A stretch of 64,000 bases of DNA from Acutalibacteraceae bacterium (GCA_045637925.1 JAZUAL010000035.1:25390-89389), one strand, 5' to 3'. Positions 26,818 through 35,221 are shown, counted from the first letter of the stretch. Numbers and translations: made by a program. The notes: generated by a model not told the origin, from the letters alone.

Positions 26818-27462
26818 TTACTTTAAAAAATTTTTAATTATATTTTCGGGTTCTGCTTTTAACACAAGATTTTCTTTAGTTTTTGGGTGGGTAAAGCAAA
26901 GGGTATATGACCAAAGACCGATTTCTTTGAAACTATCCTTAGCACCGTATTTTCGGTCACCTACGAGCGGCATTTTTCGTGATGCAAACTGAACTCGTAT
27001 TTGGTGAGTTCGGCCTGTGTGAAGCAGTATTCTAACCACGGAATATTGTTTGTTTTCGAAATTTACTTTATTAAGAACTTCATATTCAAGTGAGGCTTGT
27101 TTTACGCCCTTTCGCTCTTTTTTAACAACAAACACCTTGTTTTTACTGCTGTCCTTAAATAGTAAATCTTGCATATCACCATTGTTTTGCTGTGGAGTGC
27201 CGTGAACTAATGCTATATATTCTTTTTTAAAGCTTCTGTTAGCGATATCTTGGCTTAAAATTGCTGCGGCTTTTTGGGTTTTGGCATAGAGCATAATTCC
27301 GCCGACCTCGCGGTCTAAGCGGTGCAATGGAAAAACAGTTCCGCCAGTGTGGCTTTCAAGCAACGATATCATACTCTCTCCGCTACCATTTCCAGCTTGT
27401 GACAGTATGCCTATCGGCTTTATAGGGGCTATAATATAATCATCTTCGAATAAAATTTTCAT
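26818..27462 (-). CDS. RluA family pseudouridine synthase
   Basis: HRLDREVGGIMLYAKT and HTGRTHQIRVQFA motifs are present. The start is taken at the internal ATG (MKILFEDDYII) at 27462. Confidence 0.85.
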   Translation of the reverse strand: MKILFEDDYIIAPIKPIGILSQAGNGSGESMISLLESHTGGTVFPLHRLDREVGGIMLYAKTQKAAAILSQDIANRSFKKEYIALVHGTPQQNNGDMQDLLFKDSSKNKVFVVKKERKGVKQASLEYEVLNKVNFENKQYSVVRILLHTGRTHQIRVQFASRKMPLVGDRKYGAKDSFKEIGLWSYTLCFTHPKTKENLVLKAEPENIIKNFLK

Positions 27463-27599
27463 AATAATCTCTTTCGGGAAGTTTAAATATGTATTATTAT
27501 AACACACAAATTAAATAATTCCAATATAAAGATTGTTGCTATTAATTATGAGTTGTGATAAAATTTATTTAACAAATTTTATTTGAAAGAGCGTTTGCT

Positions 27600-28202
27600 A
27601 TGGAATTTAATGAAAAATTACAGGAGCTTAGAAAACAAAAAGGATTAACACAAGAAGAGTTAGCTAAGGCTCTATATGTGTCTAGAACTGCTATTTCAAA
27701 ATGGGAATCGGGTAGAGGATATCCAAATATAGATTCACTAAAGCGTTTGGCAAATCTGTTTTCTGTGACAGTTGATGAACTTTTATCAGGAGATGAATTG
27801 CTTACGTTAGCGGAACAAGACCAAAAGCAAAAAGAAAACTGTTTTCGCGATTTGGTGTTTGGGTTGCTCGATATTAGTATGGCAGTCTTACTTTTTTTGC
27901 CTTTCTTTGCTCAAAAGAAAAATGGAATTATAGAAGAAGTTTCTCTTCTTAACCTGAATGAAATTGCGCTATATATAGATATTGCTTACTTTGTTTTAAT
28001 ATTCGGAATGATATTCTGGGGGATTTTAATCCTTGCTTTGCAAAACTGCAATTTTGCATTTTGGCAGAAAAACCGAACTAAAATATCTATAATACTAAAT
28101 GTAATAGGCACAATGCTCTTTATTATAAGCTCTCAACCATATGCGGCAAGCTTTTTGTTTGCATTCTTAATAATAAAGATTTTAGTGCTTATAAAAAACT
28201 GA
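27600..28202 (+). CDS. XRE-family HTH transcriptional regulator with a C-terminal multi-TM domain
   Basis: The N-terminal Cro/C1 HTH reads LRKQKGLTQEELAKALYVSRTAISKWESGRGYPNIDSLKRLANLFSVTVDELL. It is followed by about 4 hydrophobic segments. Confidence 0.8.
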   Translation: MEFNEKLQELRKQKGLTQEELAKALYVSRTAISKWESGRGYPNIDSLKRLANLFSVTVDELLSGDELLTLAEQDQKQKENCFRDLVFGLLDISMAVLLFLPFFAQKKNGIIEEVSLLNLNEIALYIDIAYFVLIFGMIFWGILILALQNCNFAFWQKNRTKISIILNVIGTMLFIISSQPYAASFLFAFLIIKILVLIKN

Positions 28203-28303
28203 TGTTACGGAAAGTGTCATTAATGTGACGACCCGTTTCTTGTACTTTTTTATGCCCACCTGTAAAGTGTGTTTGGCTAAAACCAAATACATAAAGGCAG
28301 GTT

Positions 28304-28960
28304 TTGAAATTGAGTAAAAATAAAAACAATTTTTTTATTGCGGTAATTATGCTGGCGGCGTTTGCGATATGGACAGTAGCGGTTTGTTTTGTTGATGTTA
28401 AAGCAATCGGTCCTAAGGGTACAACGGTTGGGTTTGCCGCGGTTAATGAATTTGTGCATTGCATCACAGGCGTTAACATGATGCTTTACACTATTACTGA
28501 TTGGTTAGGTCTTGTGCCAATTGCTTTCGCATTTGGATTTGCAGTTCTAGGTCTTATACAATGGATTAGAAGAAAAAGTCTTATTAAAGTAGATTGCAGT
28601 ATATTTATTCTTGGCGGATTTTATATTGTGGTAATGGCGGTATATATCTTCTTTGAAACGGTTGCAGTAAATTATAGACCTATACTTATTAACGGATATT
28701 TAGAAGCATCATATCCATCCTCAACGACGTTGCTTGTTTTATGTGTGATGCCGACTGCGTTTATGCAGCTTAAATTACGAATTAGAAATATAATATTAAG
28801 AAAAATCGTCTCTTTTGCAATTTTTGGCTTTACCGCTTTTATGGTAATCGGCCGACTGATTTCAGGTGTTCATTGGGTTACAGATATTATAGGAGGCGCT
28901 ATTTTAAGTGCAGGACTTGTGATGCTGTATTATTCGGTATGTAAAATAAAGTCGCAATAA
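28304..28960 (+). CDS. PAP2 superfamily membrane phosphatase
   Basis: The 218-aa polytopic protein has the acid-phosphatase motifs SYPSSTT and SGVHWVTDIIGG. TTG start, less certain. Confidence 0.75.
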   Translation: MKLSKNKNNFFIAVIMLAAFAIWTVAVCFVDVKAIGPKGTTVGFAAVNEFVHCITGVNMMLYTITDWLGLVPIAFAFGFAVLGLIQWIRRKSLIKVDCSIFILGGFYIVVMAVYIFFETVAVNYRPILINGYLEASYPSSTTLLVLCVMPTAFMQLKLRIRNIILRKIVSFAIFGFTAFMVIGRLISGVHWVTDIIGGAILSAGLVMLYYSVCKIKSQ

Positions 28961-28986
28961 TTGCACTGCTTGAAGGAGAATTTTGT

Positions 28987-29298
28987 ATGAAAAATAAAAC
29001 TTTCGTTGTAATTGGCTTATTTACTATCATCTTAGTATTTTCGTCATTATTGACAAGCTATGTGGACAGCGCCAGAGTAAGAAATGCTGTAGAGCCCAAG
29101 TGCGTTGTTAAAATTGTATCTGAGGATGGAAGCCGAGTTACCTATTGGGGATTGGGCTATAAGGTTGTGAGATATCCAAGTGTTAGCCCAAATGAACCGT
29201 ATAAGAATAATCGTGGTGTTAAATATGGTAGTTGGTTTATGAAATATGAATTACCGAATAATGAGTTTAGCAAAACAAATCAAAGCTATGGTAGTTGA
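28987..29298 (+). CDS. hypothetical small exported or membrane-anchored protein
   Basis: 103 aa with an N-terminal signal/anchor MKNKTFVVIGLFTIILVFSSLL. GGAG SD upstream. No family recognised. Confidence 0.55.
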   Translation: MKNKTFVVIGLFTIILVFSSLLTSYVDSARVRNAVEPKCVVKIVSEDGSRVTYWGLGYKVVRYPSVSPNEPYKNNRGVKYGSWFMKYELPNNEFSKTNQSYGS

Positions 29299-29328
29299 TG
29301 CGGATTTGATGATTTTTGAAATAAAATG

Positions 29329-29357
29329 TTGACAAATTGATTTAAAAGGCGTATTAT
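29329..29357 (+). promoter_or_regulatory. promoter of the aromatic amino-acid operon leader
   Basis: TTGACA (29329-29334), 17 nt, TATTAT (29352-29357). Confidence 0.6.
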
Positions 29358-29391
29358 AAATGAAATAAGTTTTTTAAAAGGGGTGGACAGA

Positions 29392-29463
29392 ATGTTCGTA
29401 AAATCATATTATCGATTTTATTATTTTAATGAAGCGGACTGTCTGTACACCTGTGAAGCTTAA
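29392..29463 (+). CDS. candidate leader peptide, 23 aa, Tyr/Phe-rich (MFVKSYYRFYYFNEADCLYTCEA)
   Basis: The ATG at 29392 is preceded by GGGGTGG. The ORF has 5 Tyr and 3 Phe codons, six of them in an eight-codon run, and ends at TAA 29461-29463. It lies between the promoter and a terminator hairpin upstream of a Phe/Tyr biosynthesis operon. It is below the ORF-track size cutoff. Confidence 0.55.
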   Translation: MFVKSYYRFYYFNEADCLYTCEA

Positions 29464-29506
29464 ATGCTTTTCAAATTTTACAGTCAGCCTGCTTTTCGTC
29501 GTGCTT

Positions 29507-29540
29507 TTTGCATTTCGAAATGCAGGTTTTTATATTTTTA
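29507..29540 (+). terminator. attenuator terminator hairpin in the aromatic operon leader
   Basis: The palindrome TGCATTTCGAAATGCA (29509-29524) can be extended by two U.G pairs. It is followed by GGTTTTTATATTTTT, about 25 nt before the SD of the first operon gene. Confidence 0.5.
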
Positions 29541-29566
29541 ATACATACTGCAAAGGAGAAGTTTAA

Positions 29567-30751
29567 ATGATATCTGAAAAAATGATGAGTCTTGGTAAAA
29601 AACGCTCGGTAATACGCGAGATTTTCGAATACGGTAATAAAAGGCGGGCTGAAATAGGCGCGGAGAATGTTTATGATTTCAGCCTTGGTAACCCAAGTAT
29701 TCCTGCGCCCGATTTTGTTAACGAAACAATGAGAAAACTCGTAACTGAAAAGGATAGTGTAGCTTTGCACGGATACACCTCAGCTCAAGGTGCGCTACCC
29801 GTTAGAAAGGCTATAAGTGACCATATAAACGGTCGTTTTAATATAAACGCCTCTCCTGACCTTTTATATATGACCTGCGGTGCGGCGGCTTCTCTCACAA
29901 TCACCCTTAATGCGCTAGTAAACGAGGGTGATGAGGTAATAGTTTTAGCACCCTTTTTCCCCGAATACACAGTATTTGTTGAAAAAGCAGGCGCTGCTGT
30001 AAGAATTGTAAACTGTCGCGAAAGCGATTTCCAGATTGATTTTGAGGCGATTGGAAATGCTATAACAAAAAACACAAAGGCAATAATTGTAAATTCACCA
30101 AATAATCCAAGCGGTGTTGTGTTTAACGAGGAAAGCATTAAGGGTTTGGCTGATTTGTTAAATAAAAAATCAAAGGAATTTGGAATAAAAATTTATATAA
30201 TTGCCGACGAGCCATATAGAGAGCTGGTATACGGCGACATTACAGTGCCATATATCCCCGAATACTATAACAATACGGTGGTTTGCTATTCCTACAGTAA
30301 ATCATTGTCTCTTCCCGGTGAGCGTATTGGTTATATTTTTGTGTCTCCAAGGGTTGAAAATTGCGATGATGTATATGCGGCTGTTTGCGGTGCGGGCAGA
30401 GCATTAGGTTTTGTTTGTGCGCCAAGCCTCTTGCAATATACTGTGGCTGAATGTGTGGGCCTTACAGGTGATATTTCGGCATATGAGAAAAACCGCAATT
30501 TACTTTATAATGCGCTTACCGAGTACGGTTATAATGCCGCTAAGCCTGACGGCGCATTTTATCTTTTCATTAAATCGCCCCAAAAGGATGCCGCCGCTTT
30601 CTGCGAAAAGGCTAAAAAGTATGATTTACTTTTGGTTCCGGGTGAGGACTTTGGCTGTCCTGAATATGTTAGAATTAGCTATTGTGTAAGCTATGAAATG
30701 ATTGAAAAATCCCTACCTTACTTTAAAAAACTGATTGAAGAATATATATAA
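29567..30751 (+). CDS. class I/II pyridoxal-phosphate aminotransferase (aspartate/aromatic aminotransferase-like)
   Basis: The 394-aa ORF shows LGNPSIPAP, NSPNNPSGVVF, YSYSKSLSLPGERIGY (PLP lysine motif SxSK) and RISY. AAGGAG SD. Confidence 0.85.
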   Translation: MISEKMMSLGKKRSVIREIFEYGNKRRAEIGAENVYDFSLGNPSIPAPDFVNETMRKLVTEKDSVALHGYTSAQGALPVRKAISDHINGRFNINASPDLLYMTCGAAASLTITLNALVNEGDEVIVLAPFFPEYTVFVEKAGAAVRIVNCRESDFQIDFEAIGNAITKNTKAIIVNSPNNPSGVVFNEESIKGLADLLNKKSKEFGIKIYIIADEPYRELVYGDITVPYIPEYYNNTVVCYSYSKSLSLPGERIGYIFVSPRVENCDDVYAAVCGAGRALGFVCAPSLLQYTVAECVGLTGDISAYEKNRNLLYNALTEYGYNAAKPDGAFYLFIKSPQKDAAAFCEKAKKYDLLLVPGEDFGCPEYVRISYCVSYEMIEKSLPYFKKLIEEYI

Positions 30752-30771
30752 TTTTGAAAAGAGTAAAGCTT

Positions 30772-31860
30772 ATGACTGAACTAGAAAAGGCAAGACAGAT
30801 TATAAATGATGTCGACAAAGAGATGGCAGAACTTTTCCTTAAAAGAATGGATGCAGTTCGCACAGTTGCTGAATATAAAAAGCTTCACGGTATTCCGATT
30901 ACTGATGTTAACCGTGAGGCTGAGGTTATTAAACGCAACTCAGATTACATAACCAATGAGGAATATAAATCATATTACATAAACTTTTTACAGCATACTA
31001 TGGATATTTCCAAAAGCTATCAGCACCGTCTTTTAGAGGGAATGCGTGTAGCTTTTAGCGGTGTGGAGGGCGCTTTTGCAAATCTTGCTGCTAATAAGGT
31101 TTTTCCCGATGCTGTAGCTGTGCCATATCCCGATTTTAAATCGGCATATAATTCAGTTGTGTGCGGAGAGTGTGACTGTGTAATACTACCCATTGAAAAC
31201 AGCTATAACGGTGATGTTGGGCAGGTAATGGATTTAAGCTTTTTCGGTCCGCTTTTTATAAACGGTATTTATGATATCGGTGTGGTACAAAATCTGTTAG
31301 CGGTAAAAGGAACTTCTATTGACAAAATAAAGCAGGTTATAAGTCATCCACAGGCGCTGGGACAGTGCGCGGGCTTTATAAAAGAGCATGGCTTTGAGAC
31401 TATTGAAACGGTAAATACCGCAGTAGCCGCAAAACAGGTTGCTGAAATGGAAAAAGAGTATATTGCCGCTATTGCAAGCGAGGATGCTGCTGAAAAATAC
31501 GGTCTGCAAGTGCTAAGAACACATATCAACGAAAGCAATAATAATACAACCCGTTTTGCAGTGTTTTCGCGTAGTGCTAAGCTTGCCACACCCGATGATA
31601 AGCATTTTATTATGCTGTTTACCGTTACTAACGAGGCAGGCTCACTCTCAAAAGCAATTTCAATAATAGGGGATAACGGATTTAATTTAAAGGCTTTAAA
31701 AAGCCGCCCCACAAAAGAGCTTATCTGGAGTTATTATTTTTATGCCGAGGGTGAAGGTAATATAAATACTCCGGAAGGTCAAAAAATGTTGAATGAGCTA
31801 AAAGAAAAATGCAGTGAAATTAAGGTAATAGCAAGCTTTGAAAAGGAAATTAGTTTGTAG
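30772..31860 (+). CDS. pheA: bifunctional chorismate mutase / prephenate dehydratase (P-protein)
   Basis: The domains are an N-terminal AroQ-type CM (LEKARQIINDVDKEMAELFLKRMDAVRTVAEYK), PDT (VAFSGVEGAFANLAA...PIENSYNGDV...NTTRFAVF) and a C-terminal ACT (GSLSKAISIIGDNGFNLKALKSRP). The ORF track offers an alternative TTG start at 30754. Confidence 0.88.
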   Translation: MTELEKARQIINDVDKEMAELFLKRMDAVRTVAEYKKLHGIPITDVNREAEVIKRNSDYITNEEYKSYYINFLQHTMDISKSYQHRLLEGMRVAFSGVEGAFANLAANKVFPDAVAVPYPDFKSAYNSVVCGECDCVILPIENSYNGDVGQVMDLSFFGPLFINGIYDIGVVQNLLAVKGTSIDKIKQVISHPQALGQCAGFIKEHGFETIETVNTAVAAKQVAEMEKEYIAAIASEDAAEKYGLQVLRTHINESNNNTTRFAVFSRSAKLATPDDKHFIMLFTVTNEAGSLSKAISIIGDNGFNLKALKSRPTKELIWSYYFYAEGEGNINTPEGQKMLNELKEKCSEIKVIASFEKEISL

Positions 31861-31869
31861 GTGAGTGTT

Positions 31870-32871
31870 ATGATAATACCCGTAAAAACTGCTACAAGTG
31901 AATATGATATAGTTTTAGAACGCGGCGCTTTAGAAAAACTTGATGAATATTTGAATTTGAAGCGTAAGGTACTTATTGTTACAGATAGCGGTGTGCCTAA
32001 GAGTTATTCTTTATTAGCTTCTAAGCAATGTGATGAAGCATATATTGTGACTATACCAGAAGGCGAAGCTTCGAAAAGCTTTGATAATTTTAAGCTGTTG
32101 CTAGCGCGAATGGTAGAGCTAGGGTTTACTCGCACTGACTGTGTGATGGCTGTAGGTGGCGGTGTTGTAGGCGACCTTGCGGGTTTTGTGGCTGCGTCCT
32201 TTATGCGTGGAGTTGATTTTTATAACATTCCAACAACCCTACTTTCTCAGGTGGACTCCTCGGTTGGCGGAAAGGTTGCTATCGATTTTGAGGGTTATAA
32301 AAATATTGTAGGCGCTTTTTATCCGCCGAAGGCAGTGATTATAGATTTTAACACCCTAAAAACACTAGAACCCAGACAAATTGCTAACGGACTTGCTGAG
32401 TCGGTTAAAATGGCAATGACCTCTGATAAGGAACTGTTTGAGCTTTTCGAAACTGGGGAAATAATGCCTAATATTGATAAAATTATTGAGGCTTCACTTA
32501 AAATAAAGCGTTATGTGGTTGAAGAGGATGAAAAGGAAAAAGGGCTTAGAAAAGTTCTAAATTTCGGTCATACATTAGCTCACGCTATTGAAAGCGAAAA
32601 GGAAATGCAAAACCTTTATCATGGCGAATGTGTTGCCCTTGGTATGATACCAATGTGTGCACAATCTATAAAACCTAGGCTTATAAAGGTTCTGCAAAAA
32701 ATTGGGCTTCCTACAAGTGCTGAATATGAAGTGAATAAGGTTATAGAAGCGATGCGTCATGATAAAAAAGTGTCGGGCGATAAAATAACCGTGGTTTATG
32801 TAGAGGAAATCGGTGATTTTAAAATGAAAGAAATGCCATTTTATGACCTGGCTGAGAAATTTAAGGGGTGA
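31870..32871 (+). CDS. aroB: 3-dehydroquinate synthase
   Basis: GGGVVGDLAGFVAASFMRGVDFYNIPTTLLSQVDSSVGGKVAIDF and NFGHTLAHAIE are present. The start is taken at ATG 31870 (AGGTGA SD) rather than the track GTG at 31861. Confidence 0.9.
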   Translation: MIIPVKTATSEYDIVLERGALEKLDEYLNLKRKVLIVTDSGVPKSYSLLASKQCDEAYIVTIPEGEASKSFDNFKLLLARMVELGFTRTDCVMAVGGGVVGDLAGFVAASFMRGVDFYNIPTTLLSQVDSSVGGKVAIDFEGYKNIVGAFYPPKAVIIDFNTLKTLEPRQIANGLAESVKMAMTSDKELFELFETGEIMPNIDKIIEASLKIKRYVVEEDEKEKGLRKVLNFGHTLAHAIESEKEMQNLYHGECVALGMIPMCAQSIKPRLIKVLQKIGLPTSAEYEVNKVIEAMRHDKKVSGDKITVVYVEEIGDFKMKEMPFYDLAEKFKG

Positions 32872-32877
32872 AATACT

Positions 32878-33966
32878 ATGAAAAATACTTTCGGTCAAAA
32901 TGTTGTGACTACTCTATTTGGCGAGAGTCACGGTGTGGCAATAGGGGCTGTTATAGACGGTTTAGCGCCGGGGATTGCGGTTGATGAGGAATTTATTAAC
33001 GCTCAACTAGGTCTTAGAAGACCTGTCGGCAGTATTTCAACACCTCGCGTAGAAAAGGATGAATTTCGGATTTTAAGCGGTGTTTTTGAGGGTAAAACCA
33101 CAGGCACACCCGTTTGCATTGTAATACCTAACGAGGATAAAAAGCCTAAGGACTATAGTGACATTCGTTCTAAAGCCCGTCCAGGACATGCCGATTTTAC
33201 CGCTTATGAGAAGTATCATGGATTTGAGGATTATCGCGGTGGCGGACATTTTAGTGGAAGAATAACTGCAGGCATCGTAGCTGTGGGTGCAATAGCAATT
33301 TCTGCGCTAAAAAACAAAGGAATTTATATTGGCACACATATTTCCAGATGCGGTGGTATAGATGACGCTGAGTTTTCTGAATTAAAGAGTGAGATTGAAG
33401 CTTTGAATAAAAAACAGTTTGCAGTGATAGATGATAATAAAGGCGAGCTGATGATGGATGCGATTACTAAAGCTAAAAATGATGGTGACAGCGTTGGTGG
33501 TATACTCGAAACCGTGGTGTTAGGTTTGCCCTCGGGCGTTGGTGAGCCATGGTTTGACAGTATGGAAAGCTTGTTATCGCATGCTCTTTTCAGCATTCCC
33601 GCTGTAAAAGGTGTTGAGTTTGGAGAGGGCTTTAAGTTATCGGATATGCTTGGTAGCGAGGCTAATGACTGTTTTTGTTTAGACGGTAATATGATTAAAA
33701 CCGAAACTAACAACAATGGCGGTATAAATGGCGGTATTGCTAATGGAATGCCTATAATTTTCCGCACAGCTGTTAAGCCCACTCCAACCATAAGCAAACA
33801 ACAGCAAACCGTTGATTTTATAAATCGTGAAAACACTGTGATTACAGCAGGCGGCAGACATGACCCTTGCATAGTACACCGTGCGCGTGTTGTAGTTGAC
33901 AGTATGGTAGCACTTGTACTTTGCGATTTACTAACTGGCAGATTTGGAACGGATTGGTTGGCTTAA
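32878..33966 (+). CDS. aroC: chorismate synthase
   Basis: 362 aa, with TLFGESHGVAIGAVIDGLAPG, RPGHADFT, GGGHFSGR and GGRHDPC. Confidence 0.95.
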   Translation: MKNTFGQNVVTTLFGESHGVAIGAVIDGLAPGIAVDEEFINAQLGLRRPVGSISTPRVEKDEFRILSGVFEGKTTGTPVCIVIPNEDKKPKDYSDIRSKARPGHADFTAYEKYHGFEDYRGGGHFSGRITAGIVAVGAIAISALKNKGIYIGTHISRCGGIDDAEFSELKSEIEALNKKQFAVIDDNKGELMMDAITKAKNDGDSVGGILETVVLGLPSGVGEPWFDSMESLLSHALFSIPAVKGVEFGEGFKLSDMLGSEANDCFCLDGNMIKTETNNNGGINGGIANGMPIIFRTAVKPTPTISKQQQTVDFINRENTVITAGGRHDPCIVHRARVVVDSMVALVLCDLLTGRFGTDWLA

Positions 33967-33967
33967 A

Positions 33968-35221
33968 ATGGAATATGGACTAATAGGTGAAAAGTTGAGT
34001 CACAGTTTTTCAAAGGTTGTGCATTCTCAGATTGCAGATTATAAATATGAATTAAAGGAAATAGCAAGAGGAGAAATTGAGGCTTTTTTCAAAAACCCTC
34101 AATTTAAGGCTATTAATGTGACAATTCCTTATAAGCAGGATGTTATACCTTTCTTAGATGTTATTGACGAAACAGCAGAAAAAATAGGCGCTGTTAATAC
34201 AGTGGTTAATAAGTGTGGCAAGCTTTACGGTTATAATACCGATTTTTCTGGACTTAAAGCTTTGATAGAGCGTGCTAACATTGAGTTATTATCAAAAAAA
34301 GTATTAATTTTGGGTAGCGGCGCCACCTCAAAAACTGCACTTGCTGTGGCTAAAACTTTGGGGGCAAAAGAGATTTACAGCATATCACGCAGCGGCGGAA
34401 AAGGTCTTTTAACTTATGAAGAAGCCAAGAGCATACATAACGATGCAGATGTAATTATTAACACAACCCCTTGCGGAATGTATCCAAATAATGACGGGAT
34501 TGCGGTGGATATTACTAAATTCAAAAAGCTTTCGGGAGTTGTCGATGTGGTATATAATCCACTTAATACCGAGCTTGTTTTAAAGGCAAGTGAGCTTGGG
34601 ATAAAAGCAATAGGCGGACTTTATATGCTCGTAGCACAGGGAGTTTTTGCGGCAGAAAAATTTATGGATAAGGAAATTAATAAATCGCAAATTGACCGTA
34701 TATATAATAAGCTTTTAAAAGAAAAGCAAAATCTGGTGCTTATCGGTATGCCGTCAAGCGGAAAAACAACATTAGGTAAAATGATTGCTGATGAGCTTGC
34801 ATTAGATTTTCTTGATAGTGATGAGGAAATTGTGAAGGCAGAGGGTAGAACAATCCGCGAAATATTTGAAGCAGACGGTGAAAAGCATTTCAGAACCCTT
34901 GAAACCAAAGTGATTAGCGAGTTTTCAAAAAGGCAGTCTTCGGTTATTTCTACAGGCGGCGGTGCGGTTTTAGATAAAAATAACATTTCAAAACTTCGTC
35001 AAAACGGTTTTATTGTTTTTATTGACCGCCCTATAGAGCTTCTCCTTTCTACTGACGACCGACCCCTTTCAAGCAATAAAGAAGAACTTATAAAACGATA
35101 TAATGAAAGATACGGAATTTACTGTAACTGTGCAGATTATACTGTGAAAAATGATTGTAAAATAGAGACTGTTATAAAGAAAATTAAAGAGGCGTTTTTA
35201 AATGAAAATTTTGGTGCTTAA
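33968..35221 (+). CDS. aroE-aroK: fused shikimate dehydrogenase (AroE) and shikimate kinase (AroK)
   Basis: The N-terminal 250 or so residues show YGLIGEKLSHSFSKVVH, NVTIPYK, NTV, YNTD and GSGATSK (AroE). The C-terminal 165 or so residues show the P-loop LIGMPSSGKTTLGKMIADEL, DSD and GGGAV (AroK). The start is taken at ATG 33968, right after the aroC stop. Confidence 0.88.
   Translation: MEYGLIGEKLSHSFSKVVHSQIADYKYELKEIARGEIEAFFKNPQFKAINVTIPYKQDVIPFLDVIDETAEKIGAVNTVVNKCGKLYGYNTDFSGLKALIERANIELLSKKVLILGSGATSKTALAVAKTLGAKEIYSISRSGGKGLLTYEEAKSIHNDADVIINTTPCGMYPNNDGIAVDITKFKKLSGVVDVVYNPLNTELVLKASELGIKAIGGLYMLVAQGVFAAEKFMDKEINKSQIDRIYNKLLKEKQNLVLIGMPSSGKTTLGKMIADELALDFLDSDEEIVKAEGRTIREIFEADGEKHFRTLETKVISEFSKRQSSVISTGGGAVLDKNNISKLRQNGFIVFIDRPIELLLSTDDRPLSSNKEELIKRYNERYGIYCNCADYTVKNDCKIETVIKKIKEAFLNENFGA

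Noticed and set aside
29381-29390. GGGTGGAC in the aromatic operon leader resembles the T-box core GGGTGGTACCGCG.
   Set aside because: It sits only about 25 nt from the predicted TSS, where it serves as the SD of the leader ORF. No Stem I, specifier loop, AGAGA box or full T-box sequence is visible, and the motif is not adjacent to the terminator.
29471-29770. A 99-aa minus-strand ORF spanning the leader and the start of the aminotransferase gene.
   Set aside because: It overlaps the aminotransferase start and the attenuator region in antisense. It has no SD and no family resemblance.
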